Part shown: in pieces, positions 35,820 to 46,064 of the stretch | Layout of the letters: each line of letters opens with the position of its first letter | How positions within the stretch are numbered: position 1 is the first letter of the stretch | Assembly (NCBI GenBank): GCA_019750255.1 | Contig: JAIEOU010000003.1 | Coordinates: 19,350-83,349 of the forward strand | DNA from: Patescibacteria group bacterium | GTDB taxonomy: Bacteria; Patescibacteriota; Minisyncoccia; Phycocordibacterales; UBA918 | Direction: 5' to 3' | Length of the DNA: 64,000 nt | Translations under genes and position numbers: made by a program | The notes under the pieces: generated by a model | Told to the model about the DNA's origin: nothing | Database searches by the model: none | The model's input: the letters and a program-made list of their open reading frames with translations, nothing else

Positions 35820-36914
35820 ATGAAAATAACTACTCCTTATCCCACTCTTGTTCAAGCGCTCGATATCATTAGTCGGATTAGCACCAAACATGTTACGTTG
35901 CCGGTACTTCAGTGTGTCCTTATAAGTGTAGTTGATAAAAAGATTACCCTCAGAGCTACTAATCTTGAGATTAGTGTTGAGCTTACCCTTGATGGCGTGG
36001 TCGAAGACGATGGGATAATTGCCGTGCCGGCCCAGACACTACAGCAGAGTGTCCAGTTTTTAAATGAAAAGGATGTCACCTTGCGAGTGGAGGAAGGTGT
36101 GCTTGTTATTGAAGGGGCGCACACGCAGACCTCAATTAAATCAATTCCCCATGATGAGTTTCCAAATATCCATAAAATCGACACTGCGGGGGTAGTAGTG
36201 AATGCTGAAATGTTTGCGTATGGAATTAAAACCGTAGCGTTTGCGGCTTCACAGACCTCAATTAAACCAGAGCTCGGAAGTGTGTTTGTTCAACAGAAGC
36301 GCGAACATTCTCTTACGTTCGTTGCGACTGATTCATTTCGATTGATGGAAAAATCAGTTCCTCAAAAAGGGGTGGTACTGGCTCAGTCGTTCTTGTTGCC
36401 GCAGAAGAACGCTCTTGAGTTAGCACGTGTATGCGAAATTGTTGGTGGTACACCAACGTTAATCATTAACGAAAACCAGTGTAGTCTCGTTTTTGCTTCT
36501 GGGGTGTATATAAGCTCGCGTTTGGTTACTGGATCGTTTCCTGATTATGAACAAATCATACCGAAAGAATATGTGACCACCGTGACTATTCTTAAAGAAG
36601 ATCTGCAACGCGCGTTTAAGAAAACTAATATATTTCTTAATAAGTTTTTGCAGGTAGCTATTACACTTACTGAGAGACACCTCACGGTTTCAGCTACTAA
36701 CAGCGAGGTGGGTCACACTACCGATACGCTAAAGGCTCAGGTGGAGGGGCAAGAACTTAATCTTAGTTTCAATCAGCAGTACGTCATTGACCCGCTCTCC
36801 CATATTCAAGATGAGAGTCTGATTCTAAAGTTTGCTGGTATCGGTCGGCCACTCGTACTCCATGGCGTTACTGATCCAAGTTTGCGTTATCTAGTAATGC
36901 CGATGAATAAATAA
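35820..36914 (+). CDS. dnaN: DNA polymerase III beta sliding clamp
   Basis: 364 aa with three-domain beta-clamp pattern, immediately downstream of dnaA. Confidence 0.9.
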   Translation: MKITTPYPTLVQALDIISRISTKHVTLPVLQCVLISVVDKKITLRATNLEISVELTLDGVVEDDGIIAVPAQTLQQSVQFLNEKDVTLRVEEGVLVIEGAHTQTSIKSIPHDEFPNIHKIDTAGVVVNAEMFAYGIKTVAFAASQTSIKPELGSVFVQQKREHSLTFVATDSFRLMEKSVPQKGVVLAQSFLLPQKNALELARVCEIVGGTPTLIINENQCSLVFASGVYISSRLVTGSFPDYEQIIPKEYVTTVTILKEDLQRAFKKTNIFLNKFLQVAITLTERHLTVSATNSEVGHTTDTLKAQVEGQELNLSFNQQYVIDPLSHIQDESLILKFAGIGRPLVLHGVTDPSLRYLVMPMNK

Positions 36915-36917
36915 AGT

Positions 36918-37205
36918 ATGAAGCCGCGGCGAGGAGAGTTGGTAAAGGTGGGGAGTTTATTTGAGAAATATGCAAAGACGCTAAGGCCGCCCCAGCGTTC
37001 AGTAGAGAAGATGGCTTGTGAGGCCATACATGCGATTGTAGGCTGCGAACTAGCCGATGAGCAGGTTTCGTACACTGTAGCCACGAGAACGCTGTATATC
37101 AAAGCCCCGGCCCTTTTGCGGAGTGAGATTAAGCTACACAGTACTGAGATTTTGTCGGTACTGCGAGATCGCTTACCAAAGGAGCCACCACAAGTGTTGT
37201 TATAA
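36918..37205 (+). CDS. DUF721/DciA-like small protein downstream of dnaN
   Basis: 95 aa (VATRTLYIKAPALLRSEIKLHSTEIL). DUF721 is conserved next to dnaN. Confidence 0.4.
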   Translation: MKPRRGELVKVGSLFEKYAKTLRPPQRSVEKMACEAIHAIVGCELADEQVSYTVATRTLYIKAPALLRSEIKLHSTEILSVLRDRLPKEPPQVLL

Positions 37206-37231
37206 AAATCACCCCCTAAAGGGGTGATTTT
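37205..37231. terminator. Bidirectional terminator (convergent with PBP1A gene)
   Basis: aaaatcacccc ctaaa ggggtgatttt. Confidence 0.55.
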
Positions 37232-37232
37232 A

Positions 37233-39524
37233 TTAATCGTTATTATTTCGGCGATTGCGGCGAGGTGGATCTTCCTCCTCTTCCTCAGCGGCTGGTTCTT
37301 CCTCAGGGGTTACCTCGGGTGGCTTCATCTCACCGAAGGTGGCCACCTTCCAAGCTTGTACTGCCCACTCCCAATTTTCATAATGTGAGTCGTTACCAGG
37401 ATTGGTGGGGTAGGGGCCGTGGGGATCATTCTTGTTGACGTAGTGAAGGATAGAGTGAATGTTGTCATAGATGAGAGAGAGGTCAAGGTTATCGTTGCCA
37501 GAAGCAGCCAGAGATTCTTGGAGGGTGCTCAGGTTGACGTACTGTCCTGCAATGATTGGTTTTACTCCGGTTAGGTTTATTTCTGGTTGGGCAAACGTAT
37601 CTTTGTTTTCAGGATCAAGCTTTTTAAGTGCAATATCCATAAACTCTCGCCACATCGGAGTCACGATAAGACCAGAAAGACCTCCTCCCATGGGCTTATT
37701 GTCGTTATTTCCTACCCATATGCCGACAGCAATTGAAGGAGAATAGCCCATGAGCCAGGCGTCGCGGAGATTGTTGGTACTACCGGTTTTAGACGCTACG
37801 GCCTTGCCCGGGAAGTTTACGAGCGAGTTGGCACCCCAGAGTGGCGTACGAGCGACATTGTCAGAGAGTACGTCACTAATCATGAGGGTAACGTTTCTAT
37901 CCATTACTCGACTACTTTCAATCTGTGTTTCTTCAATCACAAGGCCACGATTATCTTCGATGCGGAGAATGCTGCGTGGTTTTGCTTTAACCCCTTCATT
38001 TCCAAAGACGCCGTAGGCGTAGGTCATATCAACAAGCTTTACTTCACCACCACCAAGCACCAGGGTTAGGCCATACCGCTCTGGATCGTTTAGGGTAGTA
38101 AGACCCATGTCGGCCGCGAGCTTAAGTGTGTCGCGAACCCCGGCGAGGTAAAGCACCTTTACCGCCGGAATGTTAAGAGACTGAGCGAGAGCATTTCGCA
38201 AACTAATCGGACCCAAGAATTTATTGTTGTAGTTATTGGGTGAGTAACAGGGAGATTCTGAACTTGTACTATCCGGAGGACAGTTTGGGGAGAATTGTGT
38301 GCGCACGTCGTACACGATGGTGTTTGGCAGATATCCTTTACTGAAGGCTGCGGCGTACGCAAATGGTTTAATGGCTGAACCTGGCTGCCGTTCGGCTGTC
38401 GCGATATTGAAGTTACCATCAATATCTTCGGCAAAGTAATCACGGGAACCGACCATGACGAGCAGGTCGCCTGTTTTAGGGTCGGTCGCCACTAGGCCGG
38501 CGTTGTTTGCCTTAAACCGATCAATATTAATTTCCCCTTTCTCGGCAACAATCCGCTCTGCTTCCTTCTGCAACTCCCAGTCCAGGGTAGTAATAACCCG
38601 CAGACCGCGTCCAGTGAGTGCCTCTTCGCCAAATTTTTCAACCAGCTGCTCGCGAATAAACATCACAAAGTGAGGGGCGCGAATGCCGGTTACTGCTTGG
38701 GGCTGAAATTCAGTTGTGGTAGAAACTGCCTCGTTATACTCCTCGTCGGTAATAAAACCGTTTATTTTCATCCTTTCAAGCACTAGCTTCTGTCGAGAAT
38801 CAAGCGCTTCGCGATGGCTGCCGTAGGGAGAAAGGTAGGTGGGGGCTTGGGGAAGGGCAGCCAGGTAGGCGGCTTCACCAAGGGTAACTTCGCTGGCTTT
38901 TTTAGCAAAGAATGCTTGAGCAGCTTCTTCTACTCCATAAATAGTGCCTCCGTAAGGTGACTCGTTTAGGTAGATGGATAGGATTTCATCTTTGGTGAGT
39001 ACGCGCTCAATTTTAACAGCGAGAATCGCTTCTTTAATTTTTCGCGTCAGGGTCTTTTCACTCTGTAGTACGGAGTTTTTAATGACCTGCTGAGTGATTG
39101 TTGATCCACCCTGGCCACCAAGCAGGTCGCCCTGACTAAAGTTAGCCAAACCGGCGCGCAAAATCGCGCGCGGCCGTATACCATGGTGATTATAGAACTG
39201 ATCGTCTTCAATTGCGATGGAGGCGTTCTTTAGATAGTGAGAAATTTCATTGAACGGAACAATGGTTCGACGCACATCCTGGCCGAGGTCATAGAGAACA
39301 ATTTCACCGGTACGGTCATAGATTTTGGTTGACTGGAGCACTCTGCGCTCCTCAAAGGCGGACAGGTCGGGGATGTCGAGGGTTGAAATCCAAACAAATA
39401 CTCCGGCTACCGTGAGGATGCTGAGCGCAAATACGAGAATTGCCCCGTCTATGATGATTTCTTTCCAATGAAGCCGACGGATTCGGCTGATGATACGGTG
39501 CGATAGCTTCATAAATATGGCCAC
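37233..39524 (-). CDS. Class A penicillin-binding protein (PBP1A-type glycosyltransferase/transpeptidase)
   Basis: N-terminal TM, a GT51 domain (EDDQFYNHHGI...), a transpeptidase SxxK motif (SAIKPF) and KTGS/T (KTGSTNN). 763 aa. Confidence 0.9.
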   Translation of the reverse strand: MAIFMKLSHRIISRIRRLHWKEIIIDGAILVFALSILTVAGVFVWISTLDIPDLSAFEERRVLQSTKIYDRTGEIVLYDLGQDVRRTIVPFNEISHYLKNASIAIEDDQFYNHHGIRPRAILRAGLANFSQGDLLGGQGGSTITQQVIKNSVLQSEKTLTRKIKEAILAVKIERVLTKDEILSIYLNESPYGGTIYGVEEAAQAFFAKKASEVTLGEAAYLAALPQAPTYLSPYGSHREALDSRQKLVLERMKINGFITDEEYNEAVSTTTEFQPQAVTGIRAPHFVMFIREQLVEKFGEEALTGRGLRVITTLDWELQKEAERIVAEKGEINIDRFKANNAGLVATDPKTGDLLVMVGSRDYFAEDIDGNFNIATAERQPGSAIKPFAYAAAFSKGYLPNTIVYDVRTQFSPNCPPDSTSSESPCYSPNNYNNKFLGPISLRNALAQSLNIPAVKVLYLAGVRDTLKLAADMGLTTLNDPERYGLTLVLGGGEVKLVDMTYAYGVFGNEGVKAKPRSILRIEDNRGLVIEETQIESSRVMDRNVTLMISDVLSDNVARTPLWGANSLVNFPGKAVASKTGSTNNLRDAWLMGYSPSIAVGIWVGNNDNKPMGGGLSGLIVTPMWREFMDIALKKLDPENKDTFAQPEINLTGVKPIIAGQYVNLSTLQESLAASGNDNLDLSLIYDNIHSILHYVNKNDPHGPYPTNPGNDSHYENWEWAVQAWKVATFGEMKPPEVTPEEEPAAEEEEEDPPRRNRRNNND

Positions 39525-39598
39525 ATATTAGCTCTATGGGCCAATGGTAGCATGAATTGTCTAGTCTCTTAACTACGCAGGTGTGCTAGAGTTATTTC

Positions 39599-40837
39599 AT
39601 GAAATTGTCAGAAGAACTCGCGCTCCGGGGCTTTATTCATCAGTTCTCGACGGAAACCTTAGCCGAGGTGTTCGATGGAGAGAAGCGGACAATTTATCAC
39701 GGGATTGACCCGAGCGCTGACTCGGCGCACGCCGGTAATTTTGTAAACTGGATGTTGCTTAAGCATCTCGCAGCAGCCGGACATAAGGTTGTCTTTTTGG
39801 TTGGGGGTGGTACGGGTATGATTGGGGACCCTAAGCCCGATGTTGAACGGCCGCTCTCTGCTCCCGAGGAAGTGGCCGCGCGCGTGATAAAAATTAAAGC
39901 CCAAGCCCAGCGACTACTTGGTAGTGAGATTGCGTTTGTAAATAATGACGACTGGCTATGCGAGCTCGGTTTGATTAGTTTTTTGCGCGACATCGGAAAA
40001 TACTTCACCGTTAACGAACTTATAAAAAAAGACGCGATTGCGACCCGACTGAGTTCTGAAACCGGTCTTTCGTACACTGAATTCGCGTACCCGCTATTGC
40101 AGGCGTACGACTTCCTGATGCTCTACCGCAGTCACGGAGCAACTGTTCAGGTTGGAGGGTCTGATCAGTGGGGCAATATTATTGCGGGGGTAGATTTGAT
40201 ACGGCGACTGGAGCGTGTAACTGCCTATGCTGTAACCGTCCCGCTTATTGTCGATAAGACGACTGGAAAGAAGTTTGGTAAAAGTGAAGGAAACGCCGTC
40301 TGGCTTGATGCTGAAAAAACCCCACCGTATGCCTTTTACCAATTTTGGTACAATGTAGCAGACGAGAACGTAATTGATTACCTTAAATTATTTACCTTCT
40401 TACCGCTTGAACAGATAGATGAAATTACACAAACACTCCTCAATAATCCTGGTGCACGAGCAGCTCAGCAAATTCTTGCGCATGAAATAACACGCTTTGT
40501 TCATGGCGAGGATGTGTCAATCGCAGTGGCGCGAGCGTCGGCATCTCTTTTTGGTGAGGTGGCAATTGCTGATTTGTCAGCCGATGAGCAAGTAGTTTTA
40601 CTTGCGAATGCTCCGGTCACTGCGCAGATTAGTGGAGTACTTCTCGTTGAGGCGCTCGTAGCTGCTGGGTTAGCTACCAGTAAGCGTGAGGCGCGTACAT
40701 TTATTGAAAGTGGCGCCATCGTTGTTAACGGACAAAAGGCCACCCAGGTAGAGGAGGTGCTTACGAAAGAAGCCTGTGGTGAGCTCGTCCATATTCGTCG
40801 TGGTAAGAAACAAGTGTCCCTCATTAAGCTCTCTTAA
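39599..40837 (+). CDS. tyrS: Tyrosine--tRNA ligase
   Basis: HIGH-type motif (GIDPSADSAHAGN), KMSKS-like KFGKSEG, and a C-terminal S4-like domain. 412 aa. Confidence 0.9.
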   Translation: MKLSEELALRGFIHQFSTETLAEVFDGEKRTIYHGIDPSADSAHAGNFVNWMLLKHLAAAGHKVVFLVGGGTGMIGDPKPDVERPLSAPEEVAARVIKIKAQAQRLLGSEIAFVNNDDWLCELGLISFLRDIGKYFTVNELIKKDAIATRLSSETGLSYTEFAYPLLQAYDFLMLYRSHGATVQVGGSDQWGNIIAGVDLIRRLERVTAYAVTVPLIVDKTTGKKFGKSEGNAVWLDAEKTPPYAFYQFWYNVADENVIDYLKLFTFLPLEQIDEITQTLLNNPGARAAQQILAHEITRFVHGEDVSIAVARASASLFGEVAIADLSADEQVVLLANAPVTAQISGVLLVEALVAAGLATSKREARTFIESGAIVVNGQKATQVEEVLTKEACGELVHIRRGKKQVSLIKLS

Positions 40838-40885
40838 ACATGACGAGCTACTCTCGTAAAGATTAGTCGTACTGAAGCACGAGAC

Positions 40886-40926
40886 AAAAAGCAGCGCGGC
40901 ACCGTTAGGTGCCGCGCTGCTTTTTA
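40886..40926. terminator. Bidirectional terminator between tyrS and the acidic-protein gene
   Basis: aaaaagcagcgcggcacc gttag ggtgccgcgctgcttttt, an 18-bp stem. Confidence 0.6.
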
Positions 40927-40929
40927 TTT

Positions 40930-41235
40930 TTAGAGCTCGTCTACGTCGTCAAAGGTGTCAAAATCGACATCCTCTGCATCCTCCTCGAGCGGCACGCCTT
41001 CTTCCGCCTTCTCCTCGTCGGTCTCTTCTTCCTCTTCCGCTACGGCCTCTTCGGTAATGTGTCCAAAGCCTTCAATATCTTCTGGTACTTCTTCTTCATC
41101 AACACCCACTTCGTCTAGAAGATCATCAGCTAATGTGGCTTCTTCATCGTCCATTTCTTCATCCGGAGCTAACTCATCATCGAATTGAAATAACATAGGT
41201 GTCTCTGTTTGGTTGTTATGGGTGAGTTTTAACAA
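40930..41235 (-). CDS. Highly acidic small protein (Asp/Glu-rich; possible DNA-mimic-like)
   Basis: 101 aa, about 45% D+E. Coding-like composition and its own terminator. Confidence 0.45.
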   Translation of the reverse strand: MLKLTHNNQTETPMLFQFDDELAPDEEMDDEEATLADDLLDEVGVDEEEVPEDIEGFGHITEEAVAEEEEETDEEKAEEGVPLEEDAEDVDFDTFDDVDEL

Positions 41236-41325
41236 AAAATACGCGACTCATCAAGTGACTTTCGTGTGGTTGGGTGTTTTGGTGCATTCGTTTACGAAGT
41301 GTGTATCCGTTTGCTGCCGGGTAGT

Positions 41326-41805
41326 TTACCTACCGGAAGCCAGGTGTGCAAGGCAGGTAATCCCAACGGCAATTGCGTCGTATTCGTCATCGTGGGCTTT
41401 TTCCGGAGCGTTCGCAATCAAGCGCTTCACCATACTAAATACGGCAGTTTTATCACTCGCGCCATAGCCTGTGACGGCCACTTTTACCTGCTGTGGGCTG
41501 TACTCGTGAACCAAGCAGCCATTACTCTGGCCGAGATAGAGCACCATACCGCGAGCCTGGGCAACATCAATAGCCGTCTTTACATTTTTATTAAAAAAGA
41601 GAGTTTCAATTGCAAGGTCCGTCGGTTCGTGCGCTTTTATAATGGTACTCAGTTCGTTTCCGAGCATCCCTAGACGCTCGGGGAGTGGGGTGCCTCGGGT
41701 ACTCGTGAGGCAGGTTGAGAAGACTAGGGTTTCTTTGCCAGCCACCCGATCAATAATAGCGACACCTAATCGATCAAAACCAGGATCAATAGCGAGGACA
41801 CGCAT
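41326..41805 (-). CDS. ruvC: Crossover junction endodeoxyribonuclease RuvC
   Basis: MRVLAIDPGFDRLGVAI... with a C-terminal catalytic Asp cluster. 159 aa. Confidence 0.85.
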   Translation of the reverse strand: MRVLAIDPGFDRLGVAIIDRVAGKETLVFSTCLTSTRGTPLPERLGMLGNELSTIIKAHEPTDLAIETLFFNKNVKTAIDVAQARGMVLYLGQSNGCLVHEYSPQQVKVAVTGYGASDKTAVFSMVKRLIANAPEKAHDDEYDAIAVGITCLAHLASGR

Positions 41806-41807
41806 AT

Positions 41808-42344
41808 TTACTCTCCGTCAGCAGTAGTATAGATATCTTGCACATCATCGAGCTCTTCCAGGGTTTCAACAAGATTGCCCAATGCCTCACCGTCACTGTC
41901 AGATAGGGTAAGGGGCGTCGTAGGGTAGTAACCCGAGGCACTTTTAGCGAATGCCCACACTGCTGAGCCGGGAGCGCCCAGTTGGTATCCCGCCTTCGTA
42001 AGTGCGTGGCGCACTTCCTGACTAGTGCGGTTGTTGTTGTCCGTCACTGCTGTAATAAGAAGAGCCGTACCACCTGGCCCAAAGGCTTCAAACAATACTT
42101 CGGTAAGGTTCGCGCCATCAGCTCCTTTGCCTTTAGCAACGGCACGGTCAATGTTTTCTTTGGGCATCGAATCTGCCTTAGCGCGCACAATCACGGCCGC
42201 GAGCCCGGGGGAGTTTACGTCACCCCCAGCCTTACGTGACTCCATGGTAATAAGCGCAGAGTGCTTGGAAAAGATTTTACTCTTCTGCGAATCACTCGCG
42301 GCTTTTTTGTGCTTAATCTTTGACCACTTGTTGTGTCCAGACAT
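41808..42344 (-). CDS. YebC/PmpR-family transcriptional regulator (short form)
   Basis: MSGHNKWSKIKHKKAASDSQKSKIF is the hallmark YebC N-terminus. Confidence 0.75.
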   Translation of the reverse strand: MSGHNKWSKIKHKKAASDSQKSKIFSKHSALITMESRKAGGDVNSPGLAAVIVRAKADSMPKENIDRAVAKGKGADGANLTEVLFEAFGPGGTALLITAVTDNNNRTSQEVRHALTKAGYQLGAPGSAVWAFAKSASGYYPTTPLTLSDSDGEALGNLVETLEELDDVQDIYTTADGE

Positions 42345-42346
42345 AG

Positions 42347-43348
42347 TTACATGCTGCCAAGGTGACTATACGCGGTGGCGCTGGCAATGCGACCGCGCGG
42401 GGTACGTTCAAGCAGGCCCTGGCGAATGAGATAGGGTTCAATCACGTCTTCAATCGTAGATTGTTCTTCACCGGTCGCTGCGGCGATGGTATTGAGACCA
42501 ACCGGTCCGCCCCCAAACTTATTAATGATAGCGTCAAGAACGGCGCGGTCGGGTGCGCCAAGACCAAGGGTATCAACTTCCAGTAGGGCAAAGGTACGGG
42601 CGACGATGTCAGAAGAGAGGTCTCCGCCTTCCAACTGGGCCATGTCACGGCAGCGCTTAAGTAAGTAGTTCGCGGTACGTGGCGTGGCGCGGCAGCGGGT
42701 GGCGATGTTGCGTACAACGTCGGGTGAAGCAGTAATACCCAACAGGCCGGCTGAGCGGGATAGGATCTGACCAATTTCATTCTCTGCATAAAACTCGAGG
42801 CGGAAGGTGCCTCCGGAAAAGCGTGATCGAAGTGGCGCCGAAAGAAGGGATATGCGGGTAGTGGCTGCTACTAAAGTAAACGGCGGCAGGTCGAGCTGCA
42901 CGGTGCGGGCTGACGGGCCTTTGCCGATAATAATGTCGAGGACGCCTGACTCCATGGCCGGGTAGAGGACTTCCTCGATGCTTTTAGATAGGCGGTGAAT
43001 TTCGTCGATAAATAACACATCACCAGGAGATAGGTTGGTTAAAATAGCCGCGAGGTCACCGACGCGCTCGATAGCTGGGCCGGAAGTGGTGCGCATGTTG
43101 GTGCCGAGGGTTTTTGCAATCAGGTGGGCGAGGGTGGTTTTACCAAGTCCTGGAGGGCCGTAGAGCAGGACGTGTTCAGCGGCATGGCCACGTTCGCGTG
43201 CGGCTGTAAGCAGGATACGAAGGTTTTCTTTTATTTTTGTCTGACCAACGTACTCTTCCCAGGTTTCAGGCCGAAGGGTGCGGTCGAGGCTGCCGCTGTC
43301 ATCACGGGTAATTGATTTGGCGGGGGAAGTGGTTGGTTTTGAGTCCAT
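42347..43348 (-). CDS. ruvB: Holliday junction branch migration ATPase RuvB
   Basis: Walker [15 protein letters not shown], sensor motifs and a winged-helix C-terminus. The start is taken at internal MDSKPTT; the ORF track extends to 43462 with a GTG. Confidence 0.85.
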   Translation of the reverse strand: MDSKPTTSPAKSITRDDSGSLDRTLRPETWEEYVGQTKIKENLRILLTAARERGHAAEHVLLYGPPGLGKTTLAHLIAKTLGTNMRTTSGPAIERVGDLAAILTNLSPGDVLFIDEIHRLSKSIEEVLYPAMESGVLDIIIGKGPSARTVQLDLPPFTLVAATTRISLLSAPLRSRFSGGTFRLEFYAENEIGQILSRSAGLLGITASPDVVRNIATRCRATPRTANYLLKRCRDMAQLEGGDLSSDIVARTFALLEVDTLGLGAPDRAVLDAIINKFGGGPVGLNTIAAATGEEQSTIEDVIEPYLIRQGLLERTPRGRIASATAYSHLGSM

Positions 43349-43518
43349 AGTGAGTTTAGTATAACAAAAAACCACCCCAGAAGAGCAGCGAGAGTGTCGT
43401 ACTTGACATAGTGAATAGAGTATGCTAGTATAGCAATTAATTAGTTCTCGCGGTGTAGCCACACTCTAGTGGAAATACCGCTTTTTTATTGAGTGAGGAA
43501 TCCCTCACTTGATGATGT

Positions 43519-43662
43519 GTTCCAGACGATAACTCTCTAAGCAACGCGAGTGCGTTGCGAGGGGTCGGTGGCGCTCACTACGAGTGAGAGTGCGACCTAC
43601 TTTCTTAGCGCGGCATTCACTTTCAATGCGGAAGTTTTGCTTAGAGAGTTATATTCTGGAAC
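43519..43662. repeat. About 144-bp element bounded by 26-bp near-perfect inverted repeats (MITE-like, or a structured ncRNA)
   Basis: gttccagacgataactctctaagcaa ... ttgcttagagagttatattctggaac (24 of 26 complementary), enclosing about 90 nt of GC-rich hairpin-forming sequence. Confidence 0.35.
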
Positions 43663-43743
43663 GAACAATTGGTTACTAGCCGACTATAGCATATGGGTCA
43701 TCACTGTCGCCTTGACCGTAAAGTAATTATGTCACCAAAGTAA

Positions 43744-43784
43744 GAAAATCGCCGCAGTCACTATTGTGACTGCGGCGATTTTCT
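43744..43784 (-). terminator. pilB terminator
   Basis: gaaaatcgccgcagtcac tattg gtgactgcggcgattttc, an 18-bp stem just 3' of pilB. Confidence 0.6.
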
Positions 43785-43789
43785 TACGT

Positions 43790-45481
43790 TTATGTTTTTT
43801 GTACGTCGGTGGTCGCTCGCGGAAATTCGACCACGCGTTCGAGTTCATCAAACGACGTATCGCCACGCAGGACTTTTGCCATCCCGTCTTGCGTCATCGA
43901 TGGGATTTTCTGTTCCCGGGCGGCTTCAAGAATAACGTGCTCACGCGGATCACGCAGCAGGGCGGCCTCGACTGCGTCAGTCATTTGTATTGCTTCAAAA
44001 ATGCCGACCCGCCCCTTGTAACCCGTAAGTCCACAGTGGGCACAGCCAGGACCGGCCTCGTAAATACTAATCGGACGCACCATAGCTGGTGGTTCGGGAT
44101 GGTCGATCATTACACGCTCAATAATAGTGATTTCGTTAGCGGTCGCGGGGCGTTGTCTTTTACATTCGCTGCAAAGCAAGCGGACGAGGCGCTGCCCGAG
44201 CATTATGTTAATAGCACTTTTAAACGAACGGGGGTCCGCTCCGAGGTTGATAAGGCGAGGGAAGCCACCAACAGCATTGTTGGTATGGAGGGTGGTAAAT
44301 ACGAGGTGTCCTGTCTGTGCTGCCTGAAGCGCCGTCTCGGCCACCTCGCGGTCGCGGATTTCTCCAACCATAATGACATCGGGGTCTTGCCGCAAAATGG
44401 CACGCAGGCCAGAAGCGAAGGTGTAATCGTCACCTGTTTGTGTCTGTACAATTCCTTCCAGTCTGTATTCTACTGGGTTTTCAATGGTTATAATTTTACT
44501 AGCGCTCTCGTGCACCTCGCGCAAGAATGCATAGAGAGCGGTGGTCTTTCCTGAACCGGTAGGACCAGTGGTCACTATCATGCCGGTTTTTTTCCTGAGC
44601 TCAATTGCCATGATGCGGCTAATCGTGTCGTTGAGTTGAAGTTTATCTATATTGAAGCTCGCCACTGACGGATCAAGTAGACGCATCACAATAGACTCCC
44701 CAAGGGCGGCCGGAATCACTGAAACACGCACTTCAATCTCTCGCTCGCGGATGCTGAAGGTGAAACGCCCGTCCTGAGCACCAAGCTTTTTATTGAGTGT
44801 CATACCAGCTAGGAGCTTGAGGCGTGACATCAAGCGACCGTAGATGTAATTATCAATATCAAGGATATCGTGCAGTACACCGTCAAGTCGGTAGCGCATC
44901 CTGATGCCGGCTTCTTCTGGTTCAATGTGGATATCGGAGGCATCAAGGGCTAGCGCGCCGGCAAAAGCAAGCTCCAGCGTTTCGGTAATGCGCCGGGCAT
45001 TGCTGACCGCTCCTACTGTCCTCATTGTGCTCTGCACATCTTCTATTTGTCGGATATTGGCAGAAAGTTGGGCGATATCCTCCTCATCGAAATCAAAGGT
45101 TCCCTTCTTTTTTGCGGTCGTGGCATTAACATCTTTGTATCGTTCCCAGGCATGGTTGAGACTGTGCGAAGAACACATATATACCTGCGGGGTGAGTTTG
45201 CGTGCGGTAAGTGAATCAAGCACCATGGTAACCTCCGGCTGGTTCGGTGTACGGACGGCTATTTTTATCGTATTGCCATGGCGGTCGAAGACGACTAGAT
45301 TGGCTTTGCGGGCTACCGCTTCTGGTAGTTCGCCGAGTGCATTTGGGTTAAGAGTGTAGCCACGCAGGTTGATGTACTCGTACCCATATTGAGCGGCGAG
45401 CGTTTCGATGAGGCGCTCCTCCTCGGTGATGCGCAGGTCGGCAATGCGTGCATTTGTAAATGTGTCATTAAATTGTGGCAT
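43790..45481 (-). CDS. pilB: Type IV pilus assembly ATPase PilB (GspE family)
   Basis: Walker A TGPTGSGKTT and a tetracysteine motif CxxC...CxxC. 563 aa with an N-terminal GspII-like domain. Confidence 0.9.
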   Translation of the reverse strand: MPQFNDTFTNARIADLRITEEERLIETLAAQYGYEYINLRGYTLNPNALGELPEAVARKANLVVFDRHGNTIKIAVRTPNQPEVTMVLDSLTARKLTPQVYMCSSHSLNHAWERYKDVNATTAKKKGTFDFDEEDIAQLSANIRQIEDVQSTMRTVGAVSNARRITETLELAFAGALALDASDIHIEPEEAGIRMRYRLDGVLHDILDIDNYIYGRLMSRLKLLAGMTLNKKLGAQDGRFTFSIREREIEVRVSVIPAALGESIVMRLLDPSVASFNIDKLQLNDTISRIMAIELRKKTGMIVTTGPTGSGKTTALYAFLREVHESASKIITIENPVEYRLEGIVQTQTGDDYTFASGLRAILRQDPDVIMVGEIRDREVAETALQAAQTGHLVFTTLHTNNAVGGFPRLINLGADPRSFKSAINIMLGQRLVRLLCSECKRQRPATANEITIIERVMIDHPEPPAMVRPISIYEAGPGCAHCGLTGYKGRVGIFEAIQMTDAVEAALLRDPREHVILEAAREQKIPSMTQDGMAKVLRGDTSFDELERVVEFPRATTDVQKT

Positions 45482-45600
45482 GGGCGATATACAAAAATTG
45501 TAGCACGCGCCCCCTCTAGTTCGGCTTTGTTTACAAAATATAAATAAGGTTGTATAGTAAATTTTAGACCAGGTTCCCCTTGGTCAAATGACAGAAGGAG

Positions 45601-46041
45601 ATGACTCTAATGAAAGGTAGTACAGCGTTAAAGGCCCTCGGCCTGATTGGCCTCGGGCTTCAGCTGAGCGGTTGCGCAGCTTTGCCACTCGCTGTGGCGA
45701 TTGGCAGCAATGCGTTCTTGGCAGCCGGTGCAATTTCGGGAATGAACGCCCAAGAGCGTGCCTGCGCCAGCATGACTCCGGCCGAACGCCAACAGGCTTC
45801 GGTTCAGGACCGAATCGGTTGCGAGCGGGTATGGGCTCAGACCTCGGGATCAACAGCTCCTGATTGCGAGCGGGCTGATCGCCGGATCGCCGACTGGCGC
45901 CGCCAGTGGCGAGCGGACCCGAGTGCGCGGTTCGGGTACAATGCGAATGATGTCGGTTGCCCGTCGGTACAGCAGGCCTTTCGAGATCGGGGCATGACCC
46001 CACCGGGTGGGTTCACGTACGTCTCTACACCCCGACGCTAG
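45601..46041 (+). CDS. Hypothetical lipoprotein (GC-rich, probably foreign)
   Basis: Lipobox LQLSGC. A strong SD gaaggag lies 5 nt upstream. About 62% GC. Confidence 0.5.
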   Translation: MTLMKGSTALKALGLIGLGLQLSGCAALPLAVAIGSNAFLAAGAISGMNAQERACASMTPAERQQASVQDRIGCERVWAQTSGSTAPDCERADRRIADWRRQWRADPSARFGYNANDVGCPSVQQAFRDRGMTPPGGFTYVSTPRR

Positions 46042-46064
46042 CTGGTTTATGACGTATTCTAAAA

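Noticed and set aside
42347-43462. Full-length 371-aa ORF for ruvB starting at a GTG
   Set aside because: The first 38 codons are Cys/Ser-rich and show no conservation. Conserved RuvB begins near MDSKPTT, so the shorter gene is annotated.
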